64,000 bases of DNA from Piedraia hortae CBS 480.64 (GCA_010093745.1 MU005966.1:317628-381627); one strand, 5' to 3'; shown: positions 30,687 to 44,235, counted from the stretch's first letter. Numbers and translations: made by a program. The notes: generated from the letters alone by a model not told the origin.

Positions 30687-31833
30687 TTATGAATGCAAGT
30701 GACCTAACGGGGCACCAAAATTTAGACTAAGGTCTTTCTTTGGGATGATGCCACATTCTTTCAAGTGAGCATGATGTTTTGCGATATCGATCTCTTTTTG
30801 TTTGGATAATGTCCGTGCCAGGGGAGAAGTGTCGGATTCCGATAGCTCGACGGCGTTTCTGGGCGAATCGATGGCTGCATTAGACGCTAGGTGTTCTTCT
30901 TTGTTGTGAGATTTGATCGGCGATGGTTGGTCGATTTGTTCGGGCTCTTCAACAGGCGAGGCAAGGCCAGGACTTGGGTTGGCAAATACTGAAGGACGTT
31001 GGGATTCTTGGGCTATTTCTTCCATCCGTCGAACCAGATCGTCGAATCGAATGTGGCCGGGACCGGATCGACTGGGTTTATTTTCCAATGTGAGTGGACC
31101 GCTGAGACCCTTATCTTCGTCTTCTTTCGTGAATTGTGTCAATTTGTGGTTGATGTCGGTGTTGTTGCGGGTTGGTGTGTCACGCTCACAGTCTTGGGTG
31201 TCGACTTGGATTGAAGGTGTGAGTGGAACAGGAGGGGTGTGGCCTGCATATATTCGATTACCCGGGGGAAGAGGGGAGAGAAGCAGTGGAGATGGCTGCT
31301 CCAACACCGCCAAGTGATCATTGTGCCGTTCTGTAACAAACCCGTTGTCATCACGCGATGTTTTGCGTTTCATTGGTGGCACGACGAGGTTCCGTCTGCG
31401 GTGGAGTGGTATCGTGCCTCCGTCTTCTGAAGATCTCCGAGGGTTCTCGGCCTCGCCATTAGTCAATAGTGCCGGAGAATCCTTCACAAATGAGAAAGAG
31501 GGTACACTGTCGGGGGTCAGCAAGGGTGCATGGCTTTTTGACGGGGTTGAATCACTTGTTGGACCCTACAGAGCCATTATCAAGCCCGAAAAGCTGTTTA
31601 AGATGGGTGATTTGCATTTGTAGAGCTAATCGTTCTTCAGCAAAAGCCTTTCTCTGCTTTTCCAGAGTATCGTGAAGTGCCTGGAGCGCAGCTGCTTGCT
31701 TGTTCACGATTGCTTGGAGGTCTCCCTTGTTGGCACCTGACGAAACCATGATTCGAGTCTCAGGAAATTTTGAAGATTTTGGAGAGCCCTGGGAAGAAGC
31801 CGGAGGGGAAACAATTAGTTCGGATTCGTCCAT
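30687..31833 (-). CDS. Hypothetical fungal protein (N-terminal coiled coil, low-complexity body); one ~49-nt intron near 31507-31555
   Basis: Two ORFs are joined in frame by GTGATT..GCTGAC..CAG; motifs YAGHTP and C-terminal LNFGAPLG. Confidence 0.65.
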
Positions 31834-32764
31834 GGTGTACAACTGGGCCGTCCATGGATTAGCAAAGGGTGCAAGGGATATTGGTTCGTTCGGTGCAAGG
31901 GACGTTGACAGTAGCGCAACGGCCCGCACGGACCGAACGTTTTTCCGACACCGATATCCGGGAAGCTGGAATTTAGGGCTGATGCACGGCGGAAAAAATA
32001 GGCGAGCCGTGAGAAGCGTCCACGGTTGAAGCCGTGTGTTTGCTGCATTCATCAGAAGATACTGTTTGCTATAACTACAAATGATCGTTAACCGTCATGA
32101 GATGACGCTGAACGGTCAGCGGCCGCAACGGCAATTCACATGCATTAAGCTTCAAAGTAGGTATACCAATTCTGCTTACAGATCGTACCCGTGTGATTGT
32201 TATTACTGACGCTAATCATCCAAATTGTTGCTTACGTGGCCATTCTGAATGGAGCTAGCAGTACTACGTTATGAAAAACGTATAAAGTTATGCCTTGTGG
32301 ATAAAACATACCTGTGCTGTGCGACAGTGTTGCTTAGCCTCAGCCGTGTCATCCTCTGATGAGAAGGCTGAAGAGGAGCCAGACCTAGAGGCAGCATTGT
32401 GGAACAAGACCGTCCCTCTTGAAGGACTCCGTTGTCCCTGGACGAACAATGCAAGTGGCTGATGTTGGCTTCATGTTGCTCCTTTGGATGGCTTGACACA
32501 GTACAGCAAAATGCGTACCTGAACCCCTTTGTTCAATAGCTTAAAACTGACGCAGGCTATGCTAAGCCTAACTGACCATTGAACACATGATGCAGAGGTT
32601 CAGCTCTTCAATGCTATAGGCTGGAGGGACTCGAGGTGATTTCTTGTTGATCCAATCGGGATCCTGTAGGCGCCGCCACTCATCCTACAGGATGCCTCAG
32701 GGTAAACAGTCTCTTGATTCTGTCTAGCAGCCATCACAACTTCAACACCAGCCGACTACTCGCC

Positions 32765-33174
32765 ATGAAAGGTTTGACAACTGTCATATTCACCCTCTTG
32801 GCGGCTTCTACGGTCGTTGCCGAAGTTGGAGATGCGTGCAAGGGCCTTGATTCTCCAGGAACATGCCAGTCCATTGCAAATTGTGACTCGGGTACGCTTA
32901 TTAGGACATACATAGCCCCGTCTGACACGATAATCCAGGGTTCACTATCAACGGCTCTTGTCCCAACGACCCCGAAGCTATTAAATGCTGCGTTTCCGCC
33001 AGCTGTCATTCGGGCTCTCTAGAGGGGACGTGCCGATATGTCAAACGAGGCTGTGCAAGTGGTTTCAAGGATGGCCTATGTCCTGGACCATCAAACATCA
33101 AATGCTGCTTGAACGAGCATTTTGAGATCGATAAGGACAGGCTACAGGCGCTGCTGACGTTCAAAAAATTTTGA
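32765..33174 (+). CDS. Small secreted cysteine-rich protein, 120 aa, two 6-Cys defensin-like modules; intron 32892-32938
   Basis: Signal peptide MKGLTTVIFTLLAASTVVA. Spliced product C..GTC..C..GSCPNDPEAIKCC then C..GTC..C..GLCPGPSNIKCC. Confidence 0.82.
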
Positions 33175-33870
33175 AGAGTGAACCGTTATGCAGGGTGTAT
33201 CGTAGCGGTTGCGGTGTTGAACAACAAGGTTTGCTGTGTACTGTCTAGCAATGTCAATGTTACTGTGCCTTTTCCCTAACCTCAATCATTCACTCGCCGG
33301 TCTTTGCTGTAGGTGATCAGGATACTATGCCTCTCTGTGCAGACATTTTCGTCTCTAAAAACAGCATTTTCGGTGAAAAACTTCGCAATACATCTGTGAC
33401 AATACAGAAGTTACCCTTGTCAAGGCGACTTATGTTCACTTGCTCATTCGATCTCTTCTAAAGGCCCAGGTCCGCTCCGTATACTTGTTTAGGTGTCTCC
33501 ACATTGGTCAATTGAGTGTTCAGTCCACCCTGCTTCTTACACTGAAACCTTGGTGGATGGATTGGCCTTGAATTTTTCAAGAGACACATATATCCAGTTT
33601 CATCCAATGGTAGATCGATCGACAGTATCGGTAATTGCGGCTCCGCCCCACAAAGATCTCACCTTTTCTTCCCTGCCAGGCCGCCGACGCACTCTTACAT
33701 ACCACTGTAAAGCTGAAATGCCGGGAATCCGTGTACTAGAGCCATATTGATGTTGATCGAGGTATACAATGTGAATTTGATGAACAACATGGATAAAAAG
33801 GTAAAAAATCGCTATGCTCAACGCCACCGTGGCCCTGCAAAGAAATCTGACAAGGGAACATGACTATCGG

Positions 33871-36800
33871 TCACGACAATGTCTCTTTCTTCCTCCTGAC
33901 GGCATCTTTCAATACCTCTAGCCGCTCTTCGGTGACTCGGATGGCATCAACCATCTGTCGCGCTTGCATTTGCTCGTGCTGCAGCTTCTGTCCCATGTCC
34001 CGCATTTGCAGTCGCCGCCGTCTATCTTGTACATCTTCTGGCAATTGCAGGCGGTCTAGACCAGCTCGATCTTCGAGCCATCGCCACAGCTCACTTTCTT
34101 CCTTTCTCCAGATCTGCTCATAAGCATACAATCGCTCCGGCGAAGGGTAGCTACCAAGCCCCATCTCGCCCCTGCCGCGTTGCGAGAACACCCAAGGGTA
34201 GACCAGCCAAGCTAATAAGACGGCAATGACGACCGGTGAAGAAATCAAAGGTCTGACAAGTGCCAGTATAGGCTCGAGAACCTGGTGCAACGGTTCCAGT
34301 AGACCCCACTTTGGGGGCTGGCTGATCGCAACAGGAGCAGACGTGGTTGTAGAAGCCCCGCCGTCTACTGTCCTTGTTGTGCCTCGTCGCTTTCCCTTCT
34401 TTGGCCGCCTAGAGACCGTATTGGCAGCAAGTGCTAACCTGAGCGCTGCCACCAGGGATTTGGCATAGTCCGTTTGCCCATCGAACGCACCTTTTTCAAT
34501 GGGGCCTAGCTGAGTTAGCCATGCGGGAATTGTCAATGGATCCACTTACCCTTTAGCCAGCTTTTGCCCGTCCATTCGATTACACAGTTGGCCACCATGC
34601 GCGTAGAATTGTCTGGACCCCACATCAAGCAGTACTTTGTCTTGGTTGTGAATACATTGCCGCTGGGTACATCTGGCGTTGCAGTGCTGCAGTCCACACT
34701 GACGGCCTTTTCCAGATCAAAAGCTATCAAGGTGTTGGTAGTGATACATTTGGTCTGCTTTGGCCCCACGGGTGCGTTTAGCGGCTTGATGTAGTCAAAC
34801 ACCATGGTCTTATGATCTTGATCCAGGACGTTGTCGGGCCAGTTCAGCTCGCGACTCTTTTGATCATCTACAAGCCATTTGCGCATAAAGGTATTCGAAG
34901 ACGGGCCGAACATCATCGAGTAAACCTGGCCTAATGGGGCGGGGATGATGGTATCTGTGAGGGGCCGCTCATAGTGCTCAGCCGAGTCGCTGCACTCGGT
35001 TGGGACATGGGTCTGAGGGCCCGGATAGCTTGGTGTCCCGGCAGAAACAACGTTAGCCACCTCTACGGCTCGAACAGCCACAGAACCATTGGTCAGAGGC
35101 AGAGCACCAACAGGGGCCCCAGAAGTTTTGCGGTTCAACATGGCTTCCCCATGATCACTCCCCGCAACACTGGGCGTCATGCCAGGCTCATTGATACTTG
35201 CCGTCCCCTCATCGTCCTCATCATACACCTCATCATCGGAGCCGTCCGAAGGCAGATCTTCTTCCTCCTCATCCTCGGGAGGCATGAGCTCTGTCTTATC
35301 ACCCGTTCCGGAATTGACGAGAGCAACGCCGTTCGAAGAACTCCTCAAATTCGGATGGCTAATCTTCCAAATGCCAATTAACAACTCGTAGGTCGAGTCT
35401 CTGGCCACAAAACTGGCAAAAGTGTTTCGGCCTTGGAGTGTTTGTATGACGATGGCATTGGGAAAAATGACGGCCGTGTTCTTCTTCTCAATGGAGACAA
35501 CCTCGTCAAAGCTGATGACCAAATGGGTAACCCAGCCCAGAATGTTACTGGAGAAGCAGATGTGAGCCTCGGATATGTACAGGCGACCGTGGAGCAGAAT
35601 GTCCCGCTGCAGCGCGGCGCTGTAGTCCTCAATCAGGTAATCGTCCTCGGGCACGCTGCGAAAGAGCTGGTGGTATTCTTTGTTCCGCTTGTTGCTGGCC
35701 ACGGCGAAGCCTGTCAGGCGACGACTGAGACCCGTTGTGGTCGAATGAAGCAGAGACGCTGCACTGGGCGCGAGAGCGTTGAGCGTCGTGTTTGTCGTTG
35801 TCGAGCTGCCGCGATGCTTCCGCCGCCGCCCGCTCAATCTGCTGCGAACGCTGTTTGTGCGCTTGGGTCCGTCCATTTCTCTTGGCGGGCTCTGCTCCGA
35901 CGTCAGCCGCTCCGTCGATGCGTGGACCAGTGGTCTCATCTGGCCCGAGCCGAGCGGCAACGGTTTCTCGTAGGCCGCTGACACAGCACGAGCAGCGGCA
36001 GCTTCCTCGGCCGCCTTTCTCTTCTCCGGCGTCGTCCGCTGCTGCGATACATCAAGCGTTGTCGCCATGGAGCCGGCGTCTTGGCCTTCTGAGATGCCGA
36101 GATGGCTGAGGCTGAGATCGCCCTGGCCCAGTGTCTCAACCGTCGCCTGTTTTTCCGGCCTGTTGCCCGCGTCAACCTGTGCGATGTCCCGCGTTGCTGC
36201 CAGTTCGCCGCTTGCAGAGAGCTGGCGACGAGGTTGATCCACAGGACCGATGGTGTTGCTCAGCTGATCAGCTGCCTTCTGGGCTGCAGTAAATATAGAA
36301 GAAAAAAAGCCTGTAGCAGCGGTGGGCTGGGTGAGGGTTCCGCCGGGCGTCTTGGCCTCCTCAACTGTGGTGGGAAGAGCTGCCGGAGCGTAGTTGGGAA
36401 AGCGGGTTGGGAGATTGGCCGACTGAGCGCGGCGTTGACGGATGCTGTCGACTGAGTTGCGCCGATTGCTCAAGAGGGGTGAGTCGGACTGGGACGGAAT
36501 GGGAAAACGGGCGCCAGGATCTGTCGGCGTGGGCGGCGTTACCAACGTGGTCGGTGTGCTCGGCTTGTTCGGAGTGGATGGACGCTCTTCATCCGATGGC
36601 TCTAGCGGCTTCTTCCCCTGAGGCACGGACGGCGCTCTCCTCTTTGGTCGCCACAGAACGCTTCCGTCTGGACCGTCGACCGACTGTATTGATTCCGAAT
36701 CGCCACCTCCCTGCCCCGTTGGCGGCTGCGAGCCCACGGCACTTGGAGCCTCGGGTGCTGCAGGCTCGACGATTTGGGGCACGCCCGCCGCAGCTGTAGC

Positions 36801-37361
36801 TGTGGGCGCGACTAAGTTGGGGGACTCGTAACCAACAGCGGGTCGAGGATTGATCTCGGGCGACGATAGCGTCAGCAAACCCGTATGCGATTGGTGTCGT
36901 GACACTGAAGGACGTCTGGAATGGTCAGCGAACACTTCTCCGCCTCGCGTCAGCACCTACCTCTCGTCGTCTGAACCGTCGTCTGTGAGCAGGCTGTCGT
37001 GGCCGTCGTCGTCGCCGTCGTCGCCGTCATCGATCAACGATGCTTTCCGTGCTTGGTCGTCTGCAAAGCTCACACGCGGTTCAGGGCTTGCGGCTGAGCG
37101 TTTCTTAGGCGAGCGTTTGCGGAGTTGCAGCAAGGTGGTGAGACGGCGGCCCGACCGCTCCTCGCCCCCTCCACGGCTGTCAGCCGACCGCAGCCGCTCA
37201 CTGCGGCTGCCATCCGTTGACGGCCGGAGGCTGCCATCTGAGCTCTCCTCGCCGTCTGCTGCCTGACTTGACACTGCTCTACCCGATGGAGATGTGCGTC
37301 CTTTGTTCCGCCGTAGTTTAGACAATGCTGCCCGCGGTGATGCTGAATCGACGCTAAGCAT
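33871..37361 (-). CDS. LAM/Ltc-family ER sterol-transfer protein (GRAM + VASt + TM); introns ~36916-36960 and ~34507-34550
   Basis: GRAM: LIEDYSAALQRDILLHGRLYIS..CFSSNILGW. VASt: YIKPLNAPVGPKQTKC, TPDVPSGNVF, WTGKSWLKGPIEKGA. C-terminal TM and coiled coil. Confidence 0.88.
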
Positions 37362-38489
37362 TTCTCTTACGGTGCCAGTTACCGGGCCATACAAGGGGAC
37401 AAATACCCACTAAAGTATGGAAAGGGCTTTTACAACCTTTAAAGTCGCAGAGTGACACCGTTCACTCTGCCATCTGCCACTCGCTCGCTTGTGGCGGGGC
37501 ATTAGTGTGTGGGGTAATCCAATTACAGTTTTACAGCCTCCGCCTTCGAGGTGATTGGCTGGTGGAGTTATATTCCCAGCGATGTGATTGGTTCAGTCCT
37601 AAACATTTGCCCCGCATTCAGGGACACCACACCTCAAAGGACAGATCAAAAGCAGAACAGGGAATGGGGCGTTGTGGACCACTACGAGGATCTTAGAGAC
37701 GAATTCGATGTATTTGATCACCTAACAGCCCTTGGAGGAAGTCCTACAATGGATTTGCCAATCCGAACATGTTAAGAACCTCATCTCTGGAAGGCGAAAC
37801 ACCACGTGCCGCAAGGGCAAAGGAACAGGTCATGACAGGCGACGATGAGCACCCAGCGGGAGGATGGCAAAGTCGTACCTTTTATGAGGGAAAGATAGCG
37901 GCGTTGCTGGGCCATCGTAGTTGAGTTGTGTCTCCGCTTCCATCGTATTAACTCGATTCTCTCGTCATTCCCATGGTGTTGAAACTACGACCCGCCGCCT
38001 TCAAAGGTGTGACCCCTATAGTTGTGACGATTTTTATGAAAGGTGGAAGAACGAACCATAACATTGTCAGATGGTTAGTCTCCACACACCCCGCAGGCAC
38101 CAGGATACAGCGAATTTTTGACATGGGAAATAACGTGGTGTGCCATATCTTTCCGCTATATCCAGGCTCGATTATGGAGAATTTCTGATCAGCGCCATAG
38201 TGAGCAGCCCCAAGAGAGCAAAATTGATCATTTTTGAATGGTGAAAGCTCGTGTCATGTCGCAGCAGCAATATGAATGAGGGAAATTTGGTTTGGATCGC
38301 AGAGGTAGTTGTTACGTATGGTTGAGATATCCGTCAATGGGTTCGTCATGTGACCCGTTTCGCTTGCGCTATCATAAGCAGGGCAGTGTGTACTTTGCTG
38401 ACCGCCTTGGGTACAAAGGCAAAAAGGTGGCGTAATTGCTCAAAAGATATCTGCAGACACTTGAAAAGCCAATCGAAAACCAAGTCAAT

Positions 38490-39768
38490 ATGGCCGAAAC
38501 AGCACCTTTGACCATGGTCAGTTGTTTGCCCATATTACAGGTGAAACGCTGATGGTAAATTGATTGGTACAGGCTTCAACTCACGCCCGTCAAGCGGCAA
38601 AGGAAACATTGTCGGGTAATTGGGTACGCGTGGCTGAGGAGCACGAATTGGCTGCAGCTGATTTTGCGAGTGCTGCCAAAGCGACAGCAGATCCCGAGGT
38701 GTGTACCTTTCACTCTTATATTCCTGGCAAACAGACTGATCCTAGTTCTGTCGAAAGGCACGACGCCTTTTGAAATCCCTGGAAACCGAACATCAAAGGC
38801 TTGTCACAACGATACGCAACCAACGTCACACGGAAAGTAGTGGTAAGCCATATGTGGTGTCTTCAACTCCAGTCAAGACTGGCGGTGCCTCGAACAAATC
38901 ACCCAGGGAATCTTCTCCAACTTTAGCTCGTGATATTGCATTTAGACGGGGCATTGGACGACCACCTAGCAAGCTGCAATACATAGGATCACCACAATCG
39001 AGGCCGCAACATATCTCGAACTTGACACGAGAAGTTTCCAGTCCGAACTCACGATCAGATCAACCGAGAGCGTTGACAAGACCAGCTGGCAATGAGGCCG
39101 CAGACGAAGGATTCAGCCGATTCTATCAGAATATAACCTCTGGCGTTGGGGCCCGAGTGTCGGCAGCGCTGGCGTATGCTGGCCTACCACTGGCAGAAGA
39201 TGAAGATGCTACCGAGGCGCCAGCAGGAAAAACAGTCAAAGCAGGGCCAGATGCGGATCTTTCAAGACACTTTTCACCAAATATCTTGCACGCCCTGGAA
39301 GGGGAAAGATCCCGAGCTCGAGCTGCCGCGGCGGAAAGTTTCTATGTGGTTCCACCGCCGGGAAGCAAGACGGGGCCTAGCGAAGAGATGTTTATGGACG
39401 CGCGTGAGACTCCATCCAAATACAGGCAAATGTTTGGTGCGAGGCCGACCACAGAGGAGGTTGAATTGGAAAATGCCACTTTGAAACACACAATTGATAC
39501 CCTGGCAAGCAGACTACAGCAGTTTGAGCTACATGCGCAAGAAGCCACCATGGCGGCCATCACACAAAGCGTTGTGAGCCTAAGAGGTGACGAAAGTGCA
39601 GTAGTCCAACAGTTGCAGCGGCAGTTGGAGCATCAAAAACATCAGATGCAGAAGCTGGAAGAGCACGCTCAAAAGCAGGAAAAACAGCTCAAGAAATGGG
39701 CCGCAAATTATGAAAAACTGAAAGCCAATGCAAAGAAACGGTTGGATGCCAAGGCAGCAGAGGGGTGA
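38490..39768 (+). CDS. Conserved hypothetical fungal coiled-coil protein; two short 5' introns
   Basis: Exons MAETAPLTM / ASTHAR..EEHELAAADF / LKSLETEH; AESFYVVP; EEVELENATLK. Confidence 0.7.
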
Positions 39769-39951
39769 ATATGTTGCACAGGTAACAGACGCTGGCAAAC
39801 AAAGCGTTCGAATTAGGCCAAAGAAACTCCCTTATGCATTGTCAAGTACCACCAACTATAAAAGAAAGGACGCTAGGTAGTAAAGGCAAACGATAGCGAT
39901 CCCCTATCCCAAAAAATAAAGCGTGAATATCATGACCAAAGTGTCTGTCTC

Positions 39952-41348
39952 TTAGAAATCAGGAAACAACTTCCCGTACCTGGATAAAGTCAGCAAATTG
40001 GTTATGAGCTAAGATGAGATCAAAACTTACGGATCGTCCCCAGCCATACCATAGGATTCTGTTTCCTCCGGGTACTTGTCAAACAAGCTGGCATCGCCGG
40101 CTCCACCTGAAACGGGTGGAACGTAGGGAGCGTCGATTTCCTTGCGAGCCAGTCGGTCCCACGTAACCTCTGCAAACCAACTGTGCTGCATGACGTCCTT
40201 GCTGCCGGCGTGAAGGTTCCCAAGCCGCTTCGTTAGGTCGGCCGTGATAAGACGTGACAGCAAATCCTGGGCGTCTGGGTGTATGTAGGGCGGATACTTG
40301 ACCCTTCCTCTTACTATGTTCTCGTAGATTTTGATGGGTGAGCCTGGGTCCCAGAAGGGGGTAAACCCGGCCAGCATTTCAAAGATCAGGATGCCCAGAC
40401 TCCACCAGTCGACGCTCTTGTTGTAGCCCCTCGAGTTGACGACTTCTGGCGCCAGGTAGTCGGGGGTACCGCAGAGGGTCCAGGTGATGTCAGGCACCTC
40501 CTTGGCGAAGCCAAAGTCTGTAATTTTGAGGTGGCCGTGGCGGTCAATCAGCAAGTTCTCGGGCTTCAGGTCACGGTAGATGATGTTCATGCTATGAAGA
40601 TAGTCGAGAGCCAGCGTGACCTCGGCAGCATAGAACTTGGCTACGGGGTTCGGGAAACGCTGGCGGTCATTGGTCAGCGGCGTAAAGGAAGCAGACGGGT
40701 TCCAAAACTCACCTGTGACTTGCGCAGCAGGCTGAACAGCTCGCCGCCCTGGATAAAGTCCATGACCATGTACAAGTTCTTGCTGTCCTGCCAAGTGCCC
40801 CAGAGGGTGACGAGGAAGGGGTGTTTGCAGCGATGGAGCATGCGGCGCTCGTCGTTGGTGTGCTCGACCTGCTTCATCTTGACCACCTGCGCCTTCTTCA
40901 ACACCTTGATGGCATAGAAGCGCTGGTTATGCTTGCTCTGCACGAGGTGCACGCGGCCAAAGGAGCCGGTGCCCAGGGTGCGGTTGACCTGGAAGTCGGA
41001 GAGCGTGTACTTGCCCTTTGTCTGGCGGCTGGGTGTGCCGCTGGGCTGCTGTGTGGGCAGGTAGAACGTGGCCGCGCCGGACTCGTGCTGCGGCGCATCG
41101 CGGCCGTCGGGGGTCTGGGGAGTGCGCATCTGGGGCGAGCTGGGGGTGTCGGAGGCGCCCTTTTGCTCCGCCGCGCTGCCGTCGCCGGCCGACGTGTCCG
41201 ACTGGGCCGAGAGGGGCTCGCTGCGCTTGGACAGCGTCGGCGACAACGGCGAGCCAACCTTTTCAATGGGGCTGATGGGTCCAAACTCCGAGGCCGAGCC
41301 CTGCGAGTCCTTTGTTCGTTTCTTCTTGAGGAAGCTCAGGGATGGCAT
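39952..41348 (-). CDS. cAMP-dependent protein kinase catalytic subunit; two introns
   Basis: [35 protein letters not shown]-terminal FPDF; start [11 protein letters not shown]. Confidence 0.95.
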
Positions 41349-42162
41349 GGGGGCTTGTGCGGCGCCAACGTGGTGCTGGTGGTGGGAGCTGGACGGCGAC
41401 GGGGTGCGGGGGCCGTTTACCTGTTGCTTTTTGCGAGGCCTTTTCCGCTGCGCGCGCCCATTAGGCCGCCGCGAGTGCGAGTGCGAGGGAGGAGGTCTAA
41501 GGAGACTGGTCTGTGCCGTCAAAGGCGCCGCCCCGTGCTGAGTAGCTTGGCTAGCAGCAGTCGGGGTCCAGGCCGCTACAGGCTTCGGCTCCCAACGCTG
41601 CTCCATCTAGCTAATCGTACTCTTGTGTCCTCGGCTGCCCTCAGCTGCCCTCCCGTGTAACTTCCTCTTGTGCTCCCTCCGAACTGGACTACCCTCCTGT
41701 TTGATTGCCTGCTCCATCGCGCTTGCCGCCGGCTCAGCCATTGCCAACAAAGACATTCTGTTGGCCTACGGACAGCTGCTTTGAGCTGCCTGGGTCTCTG
41801 TTTGACCAACTGTGCCCTTTGTTCGGCACAAGACATTCGCCGCACACGACTTGCCTACTTCTGCAAACTAAGCTAGAACCCCCTGAAGCTACTCGAGTGG
41901 AGAGAGTTGGGTCATTTTGAGGCATCATGCAAATCCCTTCTGAGACACCGTCCATGTAGTTCAGCACGATAAACTGTGATTCATGTCCATATATCTCTCC
42001 ATAGTATGATACACCTTCGAGACAGACAGCATCAAATGGTATCATAGGCATATGTAGTCACCGACTTTACGGACGCCTCGGGCCGTATTACCGGACCGAG
42101 CCTTGACATCTATTACTCACAAGCTTCAAGTATCGTTGTTCAAACTATCAGTATACAACAGT

Positions 42163-43089
42163 ATGATGGCCCCCCAAGTCCTGTGCATCAAACGCAAGGC
42201 CACAGACAGCCCTGTGCCCCACCTACTGGTTAAGAAGCAGCGAATTACGACCAACCAGACGCCAACATGTTACGTTCTTCAGCTACCCGGGCAGGTTCTC
42301 ACCCAACGAAACGTGGCTGGCGAATTCAGTGCGGCTGCCTCACAACAGCCCCGACAGTTCAGCATGATGCGCTCCAAAAAAAGGTCATTCTCGCCAGACG
42401 ATATGATAACCTTCGCAGAGAAAAAACCAGAGCCTGAAGAGGATCCCATGCAAGGAGTCCAGCAAACGCTCCCTGATATGCCTCCGCCGGGGCCGGAAAA
42501 CCGGGCTCAGACTTTCAAACGCCCCGGCAAAGGTGCAAGAATAATTCGCCAAGCGGGGTCTCCAAATTGGACTCCTTCCGGGCCAAGTCCTGATGAGCTA
42601 GCCAGCATATTGCAAGATTTGGGGATTGATACGCAGACACAAGAGAAACCTCTGGCGAAGCGGCCGGTGCTGTCAACCGATCGCTACAAGGCTTACCGCC
42701 AGCAGAAAGCCGAAGAACAGCGAGCAAAGGAAGAGAAGCTGGCGAGCGCTAAGACTGTATATGACACTTACAATCTGGTCACTAGTCCGGCAGAGATCGC
42801 AGCATTTGGCAATCACACAGACGTTGGGCATCTCATTATAGGGGACGATGATGAAGAGATCTGGGATGAGAACACATATTTCTTCGAGATAGAAGAAGAG
42901 CCCGCCAACGAGGATGATATTGACGCGGAAAACTGGCATACCAACCAGTATCCTGATTCAGAAATATCCTCCGAAGATGAGCATCATCGTGGGCACGCTT
43001 ACGAGTTGGATCGGGATGAACTCGATGTAGATCCACAAGGGGGATCTGAGCCTGAGGATTTCGACAGTGACGAGACGGACAGTGGTTAG
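42163..43089 (+). CDS. IWR1: RNA polymerase II nuclear import factor Iwr1-like
   Basis: N-terminal PQVLCIKRK; VYDTY; DDIDAENWHTNQYPDSE resembling the Iwr1 DSNAE..NDYPD motif. Confidence 0.65.
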   Translation: MMAPQVLCIKRKATDSPVPHLLVKKQRITTNQTPTCYVLQLPGQVLTQRNVAGEFSAAASQQPRQFSMMRSKKRSFSPDDMITFAEKKPEPEEDPMQGVQQTLPDMPPPGPENRAQTFKRPGKGARIIRQAGSPNWTPSGPSPDELASILQDLGIDTQTQEKPLAKRPVLSTDRYKAYRQQKAEEQRAKEEKLASAKTVYDTYNLVTSPAEIAAFGNHTDVGHLIIGDDDEEIWDENTYFFEIEEEPANEDDIDAENWHTNQYPDSEISSEDEHHRGHAYELDRDELDVDPQGGSEPEDFDSDETDSG

Positions 43090-43233
43090 AAGCCTTAGTT
43101 ATTCATAGTGCACAGCAGGATTTGTTTTCACGGATGTGGTTGGTGCAAAAAAGGCCCCATAACGCCAAGCGTAGTTAGCGTGTACTGATTTATCGTAAAC
43201 CAAAAATTTCCACCGCACCTCGACTTTGGCAAC

Positions 43234-44235
43234 ATGCAATCCGGCATATCCGGTCCGTTATCCTGTAATACCAACGTGGCTCGTGATTGATAAGTGCCAG
43301 CTTCGTCAGAACTGCAAGATGCCTTTCGGGACTTGCTTTCTGGCCAACAACAGAGGGCATTATTGGCAACCATTTCCCATGAGGCCATCGTCCCTTTGCA
43401 GAGCATTGAAGCCTCATCAGCCTCTTTTCCCGATGAGCTGGCTCGCGTCCAATCTCATCTAAAGGAATCCGAGGCTGCATATGTACTGATCAGACTGGAA
43501 GATGAAAAATGTGCTGCAATCACCTACGTGCCTTCTACGGCACCAGTTAGGCAGAGAACGCTATTTGCTAGTACACGATTGACTTTGGCGCGAGAGCTCG
43601 GCCTGGAGCACTTTAGTATACAATTTACAGCTACGGAACCCGCGGACCTTACCAACTATGCCTGGGGAGGCGCTAGTGAGGAAGCTGAAGCTCCTCTCAC
43701 GCAAGCTGAGACGGAGATGAAAGGTTTGAAAGAGGCAGAAGCACGAGAGGCCGTGGGCACAGGCGCACGTCGGGGCCACGTCACCGGCTCCGTAGACGTA
43801 CGAACCGGGGAGGGAGTAGTAGAGGCTTTGGCTGCCCTGAAGCAAACCCCTGGTGCACTCTTGGGCTTACAATTTTCTCTGCCAGATGAAATATTGGTTC
43901 TGGCATCACCGATGCAACAAGTACCTGACCCTGTCGCCGTTCCGTCTCACTTGTCAACCTCGCAACCGCAGTACGCGTTCTACGCCGACCCCTCGTCTAC
44001 AGGCGTCATTTACATGTACACATGCCCAACAGCCTCTCCTGTCAAGCAGCGTATGGTGTACTCAGCCGGAAAAGCCTGGGTTCGTGCGTTGGCCGAACGC
44101 GAGGCGGGGCTAACGATTGCACGTTCTTTGGAAGCGACGGAGCCAGAAGAGCTGGAAATAGTGGAAAGCAGAGTTGAAGCAGATGCGGGAGCTAGTCGTT
44201 CATTTGCGCGTCCAAAGAGGCCTGGTCGGAGGTGA
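43234..44235 (+). CDS. TWF1: Twinfilin; short first intron
   Basis: MQSGISAS; two ADF-H domains (APVRQRTLFASTR, YTCP..VKQRMVYS); C-terminal FARPKRPGRR. Confidence 0.9.

Noticed and set aside
37400..38480. 1-kb gap between the LAM gene and the coiled-coil gene as a gene or ncRNA
   Set aside because: Only short ORFs and no motif or convincing structure that I could identify; may be a divergent promoter or decayed sequence.
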